A DNA stretch of 64,000 nucleotides from Candidatus Levyibacteriota bacterium (GTDB taxonomy: Bacteria; Patescibacteriota; Microgenomatia; Levybacterales; UBA12049). The notes below the pieces were generated by a model. That model saw nothing but the letters and a program-made list of their open reading frames with translations. It was not told the DNA's origin and did not search any database. Numbering within the stretch: position 1 is the first letter of the stretch; every line of letters begins with the position of its first letter. Position numbers and translations under genes: made by a program. The stretch spans positions 64,019-128,018 of the forward strand of contig JAYRIM010000023.1 of assembly GCA_041906785.1 (NCBI GenBank). Direction: 5' to 3'. Shown piece after piece: positions 45,540 to 53,787 of the stretch.

Positions 45540-47043
45540 AAATTTCTGTTCCTTCTAGTGAAAATAAGTACCTATATTCTTCCGGAATAAAAGATGGATA
45601 TTTTTCATCAGTCGTAATTATAATATATTTAGGTTTTACCTTCTTCATATCCTGCTCCATTTGAGTTACTGCTTCTTTCATGACAATATGATATGCGACA
45701 GTGTATTTATTAATCGGTTGTGTTTTTGATAAATAGTAAATTTGTGCACTATTACTCCATATAAAAACTTTATCATCTGCTTTAGTATGCTTTCTCAAGA
45801 ATGTTGCAATTGCATAGTCTCGTACATTACCATAATCGAAAAAACTTTGGTATGATGCAAAATTTTTTCTATGTACAATAAGGTCTATAAAATTTTGATA
45901 ATATTTTATAGTTTTTCTAGTAGTCCAATTATCGAAATGTTTATTCATGACAAAAAATGAAATTACTAAAAGCGTAAAAACCACGAGATTAGATACTGAT
46001 TTTTTCCTTATAAAAAGCAACCCAATCATGAGAGAAAAAGCAGGTAATGTAACAAGTATATAGTGGGTGTAAGGACGTTGTGAAAAAAAAGCATTAAAAA
46101 GAGAAAACGCAACCCAGATAAAAATAAATAGTATATATTTCTCAATTCGGTTTTTGAAATGATAAAGAACAAAAAGAGTGAAAAGTAATAAAAGACATTT
46201 TATAACAAGTAATCCTTGACCAAAAATAAATTCATTTTTCCATCCTACATATGACAAATTACCTGCTAGTGTGGCATCAAGAAAAAATCCTAAAGAACCT
46301 ATACTTACATAGTAAGCTAAGCAGAAAGAATAAGGCAATAAAAATCCGACTATAAAACTAAGAAGAAACTTTTTACTGTGTTTTAATACTTTAGCTATCT
46401 CCATATATGAACCATTTAATTTTGAAAACAAATAAAACATAAGTAAGGTAAGGAAATCAAACGCTGCAACAACTTTAAAAAGAAAGCTAATTCCTAAAAA
46501 CAAACCGCATCCGAAGATTAAGCTGTTATGTATTTTTTTTCTATTTAAAACTGTATAAAAGATAAAAAAAGAAAGAAGTGTAGGTAAGATCATAAAGTTT
46601 TCCGCATTTGCGATATTTCCTTCGATAATAGGTGAACCAAAAAAAACAGCAAATATCCCGGTACTTATAAAAGCTATACGGTTCTCCTTAAAAAGCGATT
46701 TCGCAAAAAGAAAAAACCAAACAATTGCTCCCATTCCTATAATGAGAGAAGCTGTACGAATTAAGAATAAATCACCATGGAACAATGCGTATACACTATA
46801 TAAAAGAGGCGGTTTGTTATCCCAAATATCTCTATAAAGTAATTTTCCTGAAAGCATTCCCTGAGAAACTGTCTGTGTAATACCTTCATCGCCATACCAA
46901 TAAGGCTCAAATAATGAAGGAAAACGTAGTAGAAAAAATCCAAAAATAAATACAAGAAGCAACCAAAAAGATTTACTTTTCTCTATTCGATCTATTATTT
47001 TCATAATTTTCCATTTATCATCTTCCATTTTTGTTTCCTTCAT
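45523..47043 (-). CDS. GT-C fold glycosyltransferase (ArnT/PMT family, GT39/GT83-like), polyprenyl-phosphate-sugar dependent
   Basis: Multi-TM with YWYGDEGITQTVSQGMLSGKLLYRDIWDNKPPLLY, resembling the first extracytoplasmic loop (DE motif) of ArnT/PMT-type enzymes. Confidence 0.7.
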   Translation of the reverse strand: MKETKMEDDKWKIMKIIDRIEKSKSFWLLLVFIFGFFLLRFPSLFEPYWYGDEGITQTVSQGMLSGKLLYRDIWDNKPPLLYSVYALFHGDLFLIRTASLIIGMGAIVWFFLFAKSLFKENRIAFISTGIFAVFFGSPIIEGNIANAENFMILPTLLSFFIFYTVLNRKKIHNSLIFGCGLFLGISFLFKVVAAFDFLTLLMFYLFSKLNGSYMEIAKVLKHSKKFLLSFIVGFLLPYSFCLAYYVSIGSLGFFLDATLAGNLSYVGWKNEFIFGQGLLVIKCLLLLFTLFVLYHFKNRIEKYILFIFIWVAFSLFNAFFSQRPYTHYILVTLPAFSLMIGLLFIRKKSVSNLVVFTLLVISFFVMNKHFDNWTTRKTIKYYQNFIDLIVHRKNFASYQSFFDYGNVRDYAIATFLRKHTKADDKVFIWSNSAQIYYLSKTQPINKYTVAYHIVMKEAVTQMEQDMKKVKPKYIIITTDEKYPSFIPEEYRYLFSLEGTEIYERSL

Positions 47044-47098
47044 TGACTTGTCTATTCCTTAAATGACAAATGGAACTTGGAAAATGAAAAATAAAATA

Positions 47099-48592
47099 TT
47101 ACACCTTATCTGTTACCTTATATTCTAAACGCTTGCCAAGCATTAACTGGGTATGAGAAATGAGGGCAGGCAAAGCAGAAAGAAAAAATCCGACAATAGG
47201 CATAAGTATAAACTCAAACGGAAAAAGTATTTTTTTATAACGAGGTAAGTCTTTATTAGTAGGTCTATTTTTATAATCAATATAAATCATTGCTACTAAC
47301 GCAATGAGTGTAGACGTTAAAATTAAACCAGCAAGCTGTGGTAGTTTATATCCTAAAGCCGTCCGTGAATATACAGGATTAAGTATAGGCATAATATTTG
47401 CAAAAACAGTAATAATAAACCAATTCACCGGCCACAGTAAGTGATCGCTGAAGACATTAAATAGTAATAACGTTTTTCTAAAAAAAGGAACTCCAGGAAC
47501 AGTAAACCACCATTTAATAAAAAGCGGATTATCTGAAACACCCCATGACCATCTCCGTTCCTGGTTATATTTATTCTTTAGACTATTTATATAACCTGCA
47601 GATAACGCTGCGTCCATTGATGTTTTTAGAAATAAAGGGTCAACCCATATATTCCCTTTTTTATGATAAAAAGCCTTGAAAAAAATACGATAATCTTCTG
47701 GAATAACATCTGCATCCCAAAAATCTACTTCCTTCAGTAACTGAAAGGACAATGAATAAGTAGAATGGGTGAGTAAACGATCTCCTTGAATAAGTAATGC
47801 TATACGCCATAAACTGCCGAAAAATGAAATAACTCTAGTAGGAGCTGGAACTTGCCAAATGTTGTTATAAAAAACAATAGCAGATTGCCAGAACTTGTTA
47901 TAGCGTTTTTTATCTGAGAGGAAAAGATATCCAAGATATGCAAAAAACTGCTTATCAAAAATAGCGTCAGCATCAGCTGTAGTTACAGTCGCGTATTGTA
48001 TATCGAGTTTTTCAGTTTCAAAAAGTTTTTTATCTACTTCCCTTGCAGCGTATGCTTCATTTGATGATTTTCCTTTCACTTCACCTGGAACATCTGGGTG
48101 ATATGTAGCAATAATGCCTCCGAAAATCGAATTAAATTCACTAATTAGTACCTCTGCCTTCTCTTTTGCTGTTTCTTCACGCTCTTCCATGGCTAGCACT
48201 ACATATATATTCTTTAAAGGAAAGGTCTGGAGTGATAATGTTTGTATGGTTCTTCGCAATTTTTCAACTCTCTCTTTATAATTAGGAAGAATTATAATAT
48301 GTGAAACTTTTTTGTTATGTTCTAAAGTAGTAAATTTTTCAAGCCAATTTTCTTCTTCAGCTTTACGGATCTTCTTAGAAGCCATATATGCAGTAACAGA
48401 AAGGAGAAAAGATTTATAAAAATAATATACATCAAAAAACAGTATGGCATATGCTAGCATTGCGGGAAAAAAGATAGATCCCCAAAGTGGAAGAGTAATA
48501 ACAGTCCAGGTTATAAATCCAGGTAGGATTTCTAAAAACCGACGGGTTTTTATTGGATACCTTGTAAAAATCTTTTGAAAAAATGGTGTCAT
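47099..48592 (-). CDS. Membrane-integrated processive family-2 glycosyltransferase (cellulose/hyaluronan-synthase-like; DxD and QxxRW motifs)
   Basis: TADADAIF (DxD), QERRWSWG (Q[RQ]xRW). TM helices at both N- and C-termini flank the cytoplasmic GT-A domain. Confidence 0.7.
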   Translation of the reverse strand: MTPFFQKIFTRYPIKTRRFLEILPGFITWTVITLPLWGSIFFPAMLAYAILFFDVYYFYKSFLLSVTAYMASKKIRKAEEENWLEKFTTLEHNKKVSHIIILPNYKERVEKLRRTIQTLSLQTFPLKNIYVVLAMEEREETAKEKAEVLISEFNSIFGGIIATYHPDVPGEVKGKSSNEAYAAREVDKKLFETEKLDIQYATVTTADADAIFDKQFFAYLGYLFLSDKKRYNKFWQSAIVFYNNIWQVPAPTRVISFFGSLWRIALLIQGDRLLTHSTYSLSFQLLKEVDFWDADVIPEDYRIFFKAFYHKKGNIWVDPLFLKTSMDAALSAGYINSLKNKYNQERRWSWGVSDNPLFIKWWFTVPGVPFFRKTLLLFNVFSDHLLWPVNWFIITVFANIMPILNPVYSRTALGYKLPQLAGLILTSTLIALVAMIYIDYKNRPTNKDLPRYKKILFPFEFILMPIVGFFLSALPALISHTQLMLGKRLEYKVTDKV

Positions 48593-48608
48593 ATTAAAGC
48601 TACAATTT

Positions 48609-48704
48609 CATCCGAATAGTAGAAAAATTCTATTATATACGAATTTCTACGAATAATTAGATATTCGAATACATTCGAATATAATTTGTAGTCATTCGGA
48701 TTAC
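48609..48704. repeat. Inverted-repeat-bounded element (ATCCGAAT … ATTCGGAT) enclosing 4-5 direct TTCGAATA/TACGAAT repeats, upstream of the GT2 gene
   Basis: Arms 48611..48618 and 48696..48703 are reverse complements. Internal TACGAAT / TTCGAATA copies at about 48639, 48649, 48664, 48674. Confidence 0.55.
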
Positions 48705-49501
48705 CTTAATTTACCAAATATAGTATACACGTTCTTTGTGGTTTGTTCTACGAAATCCTGATATGGTACTGTTTTTAACTCTGCAAGGAATTTTGCAGTA
48801 TGAATGATATATGCAGGTTCATTTCGCTCCCCTCTATGTGGAACTGGCGTTAAAAATGGCGTATCTGTCTCAACAACCATTCTTTCTATTGGAACATAGG
48901 CTGCAATATCTCTCAGATCTGTACTTTCACCGGGTGCTAAACCTTTATAAGTAATATTCCCATCAAAACCTATAAAAAAATCTAAATCTAAAGCATCTTT
49001 TAAAAATTGCATAGACCCTGCAAAACAATGAAACATTCCTGGCACTTTCAGCAAAGAATTCTTATAATATCGTAAAATTTCTATAACATCCTCCCCAGCC
49101 TGTCTATTATGGATCTGCAATGGTAACTTTAACTCGTAAGCCAATTCTATTTGTTTCTCAAATGTTTCTTTCTGTATTTTTGGATCAACTATTCCATTTG
49201 ATTTATAGGAAAAATAATCCATGCCGATTTCTCCTATCCCTATAACTTTTTCATGGTTTGCAAGTTTCCTCAGTTCCTCCAACCAATTATCCTCAAGTTT
49301 ATCAGCATGGTGTGGATGGTATCCGACTATTGCATACATCTGCTCATATTGCTCTGCGAATAGGACTGCCTTCTGACTTGAATCGAGCTTTGTCCCAACA
49401 TTTATTATCCGTGTCACTCCAGCATCAAATGCTCGTTTTGCTACGGCTTCATAGTCGTTTTGAAAAGAGTGAAATTGTAAATGACAATGAATATCGATCA
49501 T
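48701..49501 (-). CDS. tatD: TatD-family metal-dependent hydrolase/DNase
   Basis: MIDIHCHLQF…VGYHPHHAD…GEIGMDY…ETDTPFL. Confidence 0.85.
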   Translation of the reverse strand: MIDIHCHLQFHSFQNDYEAVAKRAFDAGVTRIINVGTKLDSSQKAVLFAEQYEQMYAIVGYHPHHADKLEDNWLEELRKLANHEKVIGIGEIGMDYFSYKSNGIVDPKIQKETFEKQIELAYELKLPLQIHNRQAGEDVIEILRYYKNSLLKVPGMFHCFAGSMQFLKDALDLDFFIGFDGNITYKGLAPGESTDLRDIAAYVPIERMVVETDTPFLTPVPHRGERNEPAYIIHTAKFLAELKTVPYQDFVEQTTKNVYTIFGKLR

Positions 49502-49518
49502 ATGCAGTAGGTTATGTT

Positions 49519-50223
49519 TTAGAAAAGACGAACGAAGGCAGCAAAAACAGTACCAACAGTATACGCTATTACGCTATATGTTGCTAAAGGATATCTTTTA
49601 TATTCACTTTTCACTTTTATAAAAAAATATACGCTGATACCAGTAAAAATAACTGCATATACTAAACCGACTAAAACTTTATCAAATGCAGCGTACGCGA
49701 AAATCGCAAAAGCATAGATAAACGCATTCAAAATCAGTAGTAGCATTTCTTTTTTCCTCATCTGTTTTTGTGGATTTTTCTGTTCAAACAATAACAAAGG
49801 TAGATTCATCAATATTGCTCCAATAAAGTAAAGTATGTTTCCAAAATAATAATCATTGAAGAACATTCCATTACACTGGATTGTACTTAAACGGTCAATA
49901 GGACAGTATGTATTAAAAAAGAAACTCGCAAGCTCGTGAATACCATTTCCTGTTGCATAGAAATAAATGCCACTAATAAAAATAACTCCTAATAGTATTC
50001 CTCTCCTTGTTTTTAATAAATCAAAATTTCTCGTCACTTCTTTTAACAACAAAAATGGAATGATAACCGTAAAAAGAATTAACGTAACAATCTGAAACAC
50101 CTCATGTAAACGTAGGAAATTAAAAGGTTGTAGTAGAACCTTCGTCGTGAAAGAAAAACGCTCAATAGTCACTAATAAAACGTTTAAAGAGGAAAAGGAA
50201 ATAAGATAAAGTATTCGTTTCAT
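49519..50223 (-). CDS. Hypothetical polytopic membrane protein
   Basis: 234 aa, about 6 TM. Overlaps the upstream HAD gene by 4 nt. Confidence 0.4.
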   Translation of the reverse strand: MKRILYLISFSSLNVLLVTIERFSFTTKVLLQPFNFLRLHEVFQIVTLILFTVIIPFLLLKEVTRNFDLLKTRRGILLGVIFISGIYFYATGNGIHELASFFFNTYCPIDRLSTIQCNGMFFNDYYFGNILYFIGAILMNLPLLLFEQKNPQKQMRKKEMLLLILNAFIYAFAIFAYAAFDKVLVGLVYAVIFTGISVYFFIKVKSEYKRYPLATYSVIAYTVGTVFAAFVRLF

Positions 50224-50870
50224 AAAGTATTAAATAATTGTTGAACCTCATTCCATGATTTAATTGTGTAGTCTGGCTTTGTCTGTTTCAACTGATCAAA
50301 ACTATAAATCTTTTTATGTTCTTTCGGAAAGAATAGCGCTGTTTTCGCCCCTGCTGCCTTTCCCATTATCATATCGCTTTTTGAATCTCCTATCACTAAG
50401 CATTCTTCAGGAAGTACTTTTAATGCTGAGCTAGCTTTTATTACAGCATCAGGCGCTGGTTTAGGATTCTCTACGTCTTCATAGGCTAAAACTATTTGGA
50501 AGTAATCTTTTAAAGCATGTGTAAGAAGCATCCGATCTATATACCATCTGTACGCAAAAGAAATAACCCCTAAATGTATATTCATTCCTTTTGCAGATTT
50601 CAAAACTTTAACAACATCGGAGAAAAGCGTCGCTTTTGCTGAAAATTCTTCGCAAGCACTAAAATATATCCTTTTAAATTCATTTACATGTTCAGGAATA
50701 CCAAGATTTTCACAAATAGTTTCTTCTGTTTTACCAAAACACTGCTCAACAATTTCTTTTTCTGTGAGAAAAATATCAAAAGTTTTGAGTGCTCTACTAT
50801 ACGCTTTTGGATATAACCATAGAGTATTTATTATTGTCCCGTCGAAATCACAGAGTAGTGCTTTTATCAT
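50220..50870 (-). CDS. HAD-superfamily hydrolase, subfamily IA (phosphatase/beta-phosphoglucomutase-like)
   Basis: LLCDFDGTII motif I, motif II/III present (…ISFAYR…, GDSKSDMIMGKAAG). Confidence 0.75.
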   Translation of the reverse strand: MIKALLCDFDGTIINTLWLYPKAYSRALKTFDIFLTEKEIVEQCFGKTEETICENLGIPEHVNEFKRIYFSACEEFSAKATLFSDVVKVLKSAKGMNIHLGVISFAYRWYIDRMLLTHALKDYFQIVLAYEDVENPKPAPDAVIKASSALKVLPEECLVIGDSKSDMIMGKAAGAKTALFFPKEHKKIYSFDQLKQTKPDYTIKSWNEVQQLFNTL

Positions 50871-52291
50871 TGTTTTATACGTGGAAACAAGGATTGCTGG
50901 GAAGTAACTTTTGGTCCTTTAAATTGCTCCAGAATTCTCCCAGCAGTTTCGGGTAGAAATGGTTGCAAATGGTAGCCAATATATTGGATATGTTTCGAAG
51001 CAGTAGTCAAAACTTCGACCAATTCTTGACCTGACAATTTCCATGGTTCTTTTTCATTAATATACTTATCTGCTTCGCGAATTCTGTCCCAAAGAATTGC
51101 AAGTGCTTCATGAAAAAGAAATTGCTCTATCTTAGAGTCAATATGCTCATCAAATATACCTGAGAATTCAGGAATCGTTACATCATTCTTTTCGATCAAT
51201 TTCGCGACACGTGCTACGAGATTTCCTAATCCATTTGCTAAATCTGAATTATATGTCTCTATAAGCTTCTCTTCAGAAAAATCGCTATCAGCAAAAGGCG
51301 ATATCTTCGCAAGACAATAATACCGCAACGCATCTGTACCATATTTATTCACCATTTCTACTGGATCTATTACATTTCCTACAGTTTTCGACATCTTCTG
51401 TCCGTTAACTGTAATATATTCATGAACAAAAAGCTTTTTAGGAGTCTGAAGTCCAGCAGAAAGTAACATTGCAATCCAATAAATTGCATGAAATCTCGTA
51501 ATACCTTTACCCACGACTTGAACATCTGCTGGCCACCATTTATTAAACTTCTCTTCGTCTGTGCCAAATCCTATACCACTTAGATAAACAATTAATGCGT
51601 CAAACCATACATAAATACGCTGTGTATCATCAGCCGGAACAGGGATTCCCCAATTTTTTGCTCTTTCATTACTACGTGATATGCTAAAGTCTTGTAACCC
51701 CGATTTTATAAATACTAATACTTCATTCTTTCTATGATCAGGAATTATAGTAAACTTTCCTGATTCGATAAGCTCTACTAACGCATTTTGATAGTTTGAA
51801 AGTTTGAAAAAGTAATTCTCTTCTGAAACTTCCTCTAATTTTTTACCTGGATGTTCAGGACATTCACCTTTATCATTAAGATCACTCTGAGTTTTAAATT
51901 CTTCACAGCCGATACAATATAAACCTGTATAAGATTTTTTATAAATATCTCCTTTCTTGTTACAAAGTTCCCATAGTTTTTGACTTGCTATTTTATGATT
52001 TTGAAGACTCGTTTTTTGGAAAATATCAAGTTGAACTTGTAGTTTTTTTGCAACTTCCTCGAATAGACGCGCGTTTTCATCAATATAAGTCTGAATAGGT
52101 AAACCTGCTTTTTCTGCAGACTGAACATTTTTTATTGCGTTTTCATCACTTCCCCACAAAAAATATGTTTCATCTCCGATTACTCTATGATATCGTGCAA
52201 TAACATCACTTTGAATAACCTCTAAAGCATGGCCTATATGAGGCTTATCATTTACATAAGGAATTGCTTCTGTTAGATAAAATTTGTTCAT
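50867..52291 (-). CDS. metG: Methionyl-tRNA synthetase (short form without C-terminal tRNA-binding domain)
   Basis: PYVNDKPHIGHAL (HIGH), zinc knuckle CIGCEEF…CPEH, KMSKTVGN (KMSKS). Confidence 0.9.
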   Translation of the reverse strand: MNKFYLTEAIPYVNDKPHIGHALEVIQSDVIARYHRVIGDETYFLWGSDENAIKNVQSAEKAGLPIQTYIDENARLFEEVAKKLQVQLDIFQKTSLQNHKIASQKLWELCNKKGDIYKKSYTGLYCIGCEEFKTQSDLNDKGECPEHPGKKLEEVSEENYFFKLSNYQNALVELIESGKFTIIPDHRKNEVLVFIKSGLQDFSISRSNERAKNWGIPVPADDTQRIYVWFDALIVYLSGIGFGTDEEKFNKWWPADVQVVGKGITRFHAIYWIAMLLSAGLQTPKKLFVHEYITVNGQKMSKTVGNVIDPVEMVNKYGTDALRYYCLAKISPFADSDFSEEKLIETYNSDLANGLGNLVARVAKLIEKNDVTIPEFSGIFDEHIDSKIEQFLFHEALAILWDRIREADKYINEKEPWKLSGQELVEVLTTASKHIQYIGYHLQPFLPETAGRILEQFKGPKVTSQQSLFPRIKQ

Positions 52292-52336
52292 ACCAGGACG
52301 ATTGTAGCAAAGCTAGCCTTGAATAACAAGAAATTA

Positions 52337-52690
52337 TTATTTTCTTCTTGTCCAGGAAGTGATCAAAAGTTCAATAGTAATTACTGTGCTTGCAAGTAAA
52401 ATGAAGAAAAGAGGGTTTCTCAAATTATTAATTAAAAAAACACCCGAAATTGTGAAGAAAATCCCTACAAGCAATGCATAAATTTTATTTTGTAATATTG
52501 CTAAAGTGATAAAAAACGAAACACAAAAAACTAGGAAATAGAAAATATATAGTACAGGTAAAAAAATTCCTGAAAAAAGTGGATATATATAATCTGGGGG
52601 AACATTGAAGATAAATAATAACAAAAAACAGATAAAAATAATTGCGAAAAAAAACGAGAGTCCTCTTTTCTTTTTTGTATGAGTCTTCAT
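52337..52690 (-). CDS. Small hypothetical membrane protein
   Basis: 117-aa hydrophobic ORF. No family recognised. Confidence 0.3.
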   Translation of the reverse strand: MKTHTKKKRGLSFFFAIIFICFLLLFIFNVPPDYIYPLFSGIFLPVLYIFYFLVFCVSFFITLAILQNKIYALLVGIFFTISGVFLINNLRNPLFFILLASTVITIELLITSWTRRK

Positions 52691-52694
52691 AGTA

Positions 52695-53477
52695 TTAATA
52701 CCCGGGGAATGTTTCCTGTATGATTCCAGATTCTTCCACTAAATGTTCTTGTAATAAAGTTCTCATTGCGTCAACCATTTGTCCTGGACCAGCAATATAA
52801 TACGTATATTTATCTAATTCTCCAAGATATCTTTTTAAAAGCTCTTCAGAGATTCTACCTATTTCACCTTTCCAAACATTTCCCAGTACAGAACCAGTAA
52901 CTGTATATATCATAGCAATGTTCTTATTTTGTTTTGTAAGAGCATGTAGCTCATCATAAAAAACTATATCATCTATACTCGAAAATGATGAGAAAAGCGT
53001 TATAGATATATCCACCTTTTTCTCTGCGGCGTACATAACCATACTATAAAAAGGCGTAATTCCTATTCCTCCTGATATAAAGACAAGAGGTTTTTTTACT
53101 TCCTCAGGCAGAATAAATGTACCTACTGGACCCCAAAATTGGACTTTTTCACCCTCCTTTAATAGCAACAAATGTTTTTTAAATGTACTTTCAATAATCT
53201 TAATAGTAAGAATAAAAGAATCTTTTTGAAGTGGTGATGAGGCTATAGTAAAAAACCGAGAAGTTCCCCTAGAGTCAGGACTATCATGTGGTAATACCAT
53301 ACGTATATATTGTCCAGCAGAAAAATCCCAATCTGTTATTTTTTTATTCTCATCGTTAGTAAGATCTTTCCTATCAAAGTAAAATGCATAGGTGTCTCGT
53401 GTTAACTGTACTTTCTTCAAAAATGTTGATAAAAACTGCTCTGTCATAAAGTGCTGATATTGTGATATAAATAACAC
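52695..53477 (-). CDS. Ferredoxin-NADP reductase-family FAD/NAD(P)-binding oxidoreductase
   Basis: RFFTIAS (RxY[ST] FAD motif), GGIGITPF (NAD(P) motif), YIAGPGQM C-terminal motif. Confidence 0.7.
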   Translation of the reverse strand: MLFISQYQHFMTEQFLSTFLKKVQLTRDTYAFYFDRKDLTNDENKKITDWDFSAGQYIRMVLPHDSPDSRGTSRFFTIASSPLQKDSFILTIKIIESTFKKHLLLLKEGEKVQFWGPVGTFILPEEVKKPLVFISGGIGITPFYSMVMYAAEKKVDISITLFSSFSSIDDIVFYDELHALTKQNKNIAMIYTVTGSVLGNVWKGEIGRISEELLKRYLGELDKYTYYIAGPGQMVDAMRTLLQEHLVEESGIIQETFPGY

Positions 53478-53518
53478 TTTCCTTGCAATAGGTATTGTCT
53501 ATATGTTAGCCTAAAAAT

Positions 53519-53752
53519 ATGAAACAAAGAGTAAAAAGACGGAAAAAAGGTACAAAGTATTCAACAGGACATGTCTATTTTTCATTACTGATAGGATTAG
53601 CAGTCATTGCATTCTGGCGAGGAGCATGGGGACTTATGGATCTTTATCTCTTACCGGAAAATCCGACTCTTAGTTTTATCTTATCTCTTTTTCTTGGATT
53701 TGTTGTACTCCTTATAACCCATTATCTTATTAAAGAACTTCTGGGTGAATAA
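53519..53752 (+). CDS. Small hypothetical membrane protein (77 aa, 2 TM)
   Basis: Basic N-terminus then two hydrophobic helices. Lies just upstream of the helicase-nuclease gene. Confidence 0.35.
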   Translation: MKQRVKRRKKGTKYSTGHVYFSLLIGLAVIAFWRGAWGLMDLYLLPENPTLSFILSLFLGFVVLLITHYLIKELLGE

Positions 53753-53787
53753 TACTACCACATAAGTATGGTAGAATAAATGTCCAC

